Below the pieces are notes generated by a model. It worked only from the letters and a program-made list of their open reading frames with translations. It did no database searches and was not told the DNA's origin. From a virus (lineage: Duplodnaviria > Caudoviricetes), in the IMG/VR virus record IMGVR_UViG_3300044709_000239, positions 1 through 37,414 of that record: a stretch of DNA of 37,414 nucleotides, one strand, 5' to 3'. Positions within the stretch are counted from its first letter, which is position 1; the number at the start of each line of letters is the position of its first letter. The translations under genes and the position numbers were made by a program. Positions 35,139 to 37,414 of the stretch are shown one piece after another.

Positions 35139-35627
35139 ATGAGTTTTGATGTCACCAATTACGTAGACAACATAGAACAAAAGTTCCGTGGAGAAGAAAA
35201 CAAATGGCTCAGAGTGGCCTTGAAGCTCCAGTTAAAATTGGAGCAAGCGCTAGTCATCATATCAGACAGCGATGAAGCGGAGTTCTGTGAGCAGTTTGTC
35301 ACAGAGCAAGACAAAAAAATACCTAAAACTTGTTTACAGGATCATAATATGTCATATAACGATTGGGACCAAAACTATAGCCCAGCAGACGACGAGATCG
35401 TACGGCCAGAACAGATAAAATTGGATAACGCATCATACTGGTTGGAGTCTGTACTAGAGCGCCTATACGACAAAGAAAGTCCTCTGGATTCGTTTTCTCT
35501 ACAATGCGATCTAGATGAGCTGTGTCACCAACTGGGAGTGAAACCTCGGTTCAGCCTGATACAAATTCAGAGAAAAGAAAACCCAGAATCAAAAGTTAGC
35601 GAATTCTTAAACGGCATGGAGGCCTAG
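35139..35627 (+). CDS. Hypothetical acidic protein
   Basis: 162-aa ORF upstream of erf. Confidence 0.7.
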   Translation: MSFDVTNYVDNIEQKFRGEENKWLRVALKLQLKLEQALVIISDSDEAEFCEQFVTEQDKKIPKTCLQDHNMSYNDWDQNYSPADDEIVRPEQIKLDNASYWLESVLERLYDKESPLDSFSLQCDLDELCHQLGVKPRFSLIQIQRKENPESKVSEFLNGMEA

Positions 35628-35628
35628 A

Positions 35629-36261
35629 ATGCAGAGCGAAAAAATAGATCTTCTGATCACAGCATTGGCAATAGCGCAGGGGGAAATATCTCCTGCGCCT
35701 AAATCGGCGGACAATCCGTTTCATAAATCGAAATATGCCAACCTCACATCTGTGTGGGAGGCTTGCCGTCTGCATCTCAGTAAAAACGGAATTGCTGTTG
35801 TGCAGACTCTTGATGAGTCTGCCGGGCAAATGGTTTTAGTGACTATGCTGGCTCACAGCAGCGGGCAGTGGATCAAATCCCGAGTTCCCATCCTGGTTGG
35901 CGATAAAAAGACGCCACAGACCATCGGAAGCGCGATCACATATATGCGCCGTTACAGCCTAGCTGCCATTGTTGGAGTTGCCCCTGAGCAAGACGACGAT
36001 GATGGGCAGGCTGCTACGATAGCCGTGCAGAAGCAGGAGACTCATCAAGTCGTTTCCTTAGCTCAAGCTAAGCAGTTAATTGATTTATATGACCAGTGCA
36101 CGCCAGAGCATAAGAAAGCGGTGCTGGACAACCTGAAGAGAGCTCCTACATATGTTGAAGGTTTTTATCACGTTCCACAAGGCATGTTCGAGAGGCTGGT
36201 AGCATCAGCCAAGAAGAATATTGCTGAAAATCAACTCAAAGTTCTTCATGAGGTCGGATAA
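35629..36261 (+). CDS. erf: ERF-family ssDNA-annealing protein
   Basis: AL..AQ.E....K...NPF.KSKYA.L, H.SGQWI, GSAITY.RRYSL.A..G....DDDG. Confidence 0.92.
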   Translation: MQSEKIDLLITALAIAQGEISPAPKSADNPFHKSKYANLTSVWEACRLHLSKNGIAVVQTLDESAGQMVLVTMLAHSSGQWIKSRVPILVGDKKTPQTIGSAITYMRRYSLAAIVGVAPEQDDDDGQAATIAVQKQETHQVVSLAQAKQLIDLYDQCTPEHKKAVLDNLKRAPTYVEGFYHVPQGMFERLVASAKKNIAENQLKVLHEVG

Positions 36262-37115
36262 TGCAATTACAACAGAATACGCCTGAATGGCTAGAGTTCC
36301 GTAAAAACTACCTGGGGGCATCTGATGCCCCCATCATCATGGGAGACTCGCCTTGGCGAACGCCTTTCCAGCTCTGGAAAGATAAGTTAGGGGTCGGCGA
36401 GCCCCAATCGATGTCTTCTGCAATGCAACGAGGCGTAGATATGGAGCAAGCCGCAAGAGACTGGTTTGAAGACAAGACGGGCATAGCGATATACCCCGAA
36501 GTTGTGTTGCATCCAGAGATCCCGTACCTAATGGCTAGCATAGATGGCATGAGTGAAGACCGAAAAATCATAGTCGAGATTAAATGCCCCGGGAAAGCTG
36601 ATCATTGTGTTGCAAAAAATGGTTCACCTCCTGCAAAGTATTATTCGCAGCTACAACATCAAATCGAAGTATGCAAAGTTGAAAAAACTTATTACTTATC
36701 GTTTGATGGGAAAGACGGTATTCTACTAGTTGTGGAGAAAGATGAAGATTACATTAAGAATCTTCTCACTAGGGAAGCCGAATTTTGGGATTGTGTAAAC
36801 GAATTCCGGGCTCCCGATCTCTGCGATAGGGATTACATTGTAAGAGACGATGATATTTGGCTGGAATTGGCAGAAGAGTGGAATGACCTACAGGAAAAGC
36901 TTAGGTGTCTGCAAGATCGTGAAAAGGAATTGAGGAGTTCTTTTGGAGTGATGGCAGATGGTCGCAATTGCCATGGGGGTGGCATAAAAGTGACAAAAGT
37001 GATTCGCAAAGGGGTTATAGACTATGCGTCGATACCAGGAATGAATCTGATTGATGTAGAAAAATACAGGAGAAAACCCACAGAATTTTTAAAAATAAGC
37101 AATTTGCCTTTTTAA
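36261..37115 (+). CDS. YqaJ-like (lambda-exonuclease family) recombination nuclease
   Basis: EWL..R...LGASD, G...E, ASIDG, VEIKCP, Y..QLQHQ. Confidence 0.92.
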   Translation: MQLQQNTPEWLEFRKNYLGASDAPIIMGDSPWRTPFQLWKDKLGVGEPQSMSSAMQRGVDMEQAARDWFEDKTGIAIYPEVVLHPEIPYLMASIDGMSEDRKIIVEIKCPGKADHCVAKNGSPPAKYYSQLQHQIEVCKVEKTYYLSFDGKDGILLVVEKDEDYIKNLLTREAEFWDCVNEFRAPDLCDRDYIVRDDDIWLELAEEWNDLQEKLRCLQDREKELRSSFGVMADGRNCHGGGIKVTKVIRKGVIDYASIPGMNLIDVEKYRRKPTEFLKISNLPF

Positions 37116-37197
37116 TAAGAACGCCTCTGGTGTGTGGGCACCAGAGGAATTCCGCCTACAAACTCAACTAAGTAGACGATTGACACGATAGGAGTAT

Positions 37198-37414
37198 ATG
37201 AAGAACCAACAAGACTTATTCCCTGCCTCAGAACTTGAGCTTCTGCGGGAAGAGATATCCGAACTACGGATATCCTCGGAGGCAGTTCGTAAGGGGATGT
37301 TTGCCCGTCATGATCAGATTAAACGAGATCTGGAAAAAATAAAAGAGATCATTTCACAAAAAAACTATGTGCAAATGGATATCTGCGATGAAAAAGTACA
37401 ATCTATACTGGGAT
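37198..37414 (+). CDS. 72-aa coiled-coil protein spanning the circular junction (stop TAG at 127-129)
   Basis: AGGAG RBS; MKNQQDLFPASELELLREEISELRISSEAVRKGMFARHDQIKRDLEKIKEIISQKNYVQMDICDEKVQSILG. Confidence 0.75.
   Translation, partial: MKNQQDLFPASELELLREEISELRISSEAVRKGMFARHDQIKRDLEKIKEIISQKNYVQMDICDEKVQSILG
37288..37414. repeat. Direct terminal repeat, copy 2
   Basis: Identical to 1-127. Confidence 0.95.

Noticed and set aside
3548-37115. Alternative genetic code
   Set aside because: Conserved genes are full length in the standard code, and TAA, TAG and TGA are all used as stops
37124-37147. Hairpin CCTCTGGTGT-GTGG-GCACCAGAGG as a terminator
   Set aside because: The stem is real but has no U-tract on either strand; function cannot be assigned

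Overview
The window is very probably a complete circular (or circularly permuted) 37,287-bp tailed dsDNA phage genome: bases 1-127 are repeated exactly at 37288-37414 and one ORF reads through the join. The virion looks podovirus-like. The + strand (3548-19786) carries a P22-type portal, a scaffold, an N4-gp56-like major capsid protein, adaptor/nozzle-type tail proteins and three probable ejection proteins. A separate Gly/Thr-rich fibre module lies on the - strand (643-3465). A long - strand unit (34710 to 23358) carries a Cro-like HTH protein, an iteron-containing replication initiator, a DnaC-like loader, RusA, a ParB-MTase fusion, TerS/TerL, DUF551 genes, a HAD phosphatase and a small serine resolvase with a res-like site. 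An ERF/YqaJ recombination module is transcribed divergently. I recognised no integrase, cI repressor or endolysin. The most unusual part is the accessory island at about 19.8-23.4 kb. It holds (i) a non-canonical tRNA-like RNA with a 9-bp anticodon arm, followed directly by a tandemly duplicated structured RNA motif with a covarying pseudoknot; (ii) three translationally coupled genes that look aimed at a eukaryotic cell (a membrane-anchored F-box protein and two tail-anchored coiled-coil proteins, one with an ESQPLL acidic-dileucine motif); and (iii) a collagen/BclA-like moron. I infer a phage, possibly a phage-plasmid, of an intracellular bacterium such as an environmental chlamydia. The host and all family names come from motif recognition, not from database searches.
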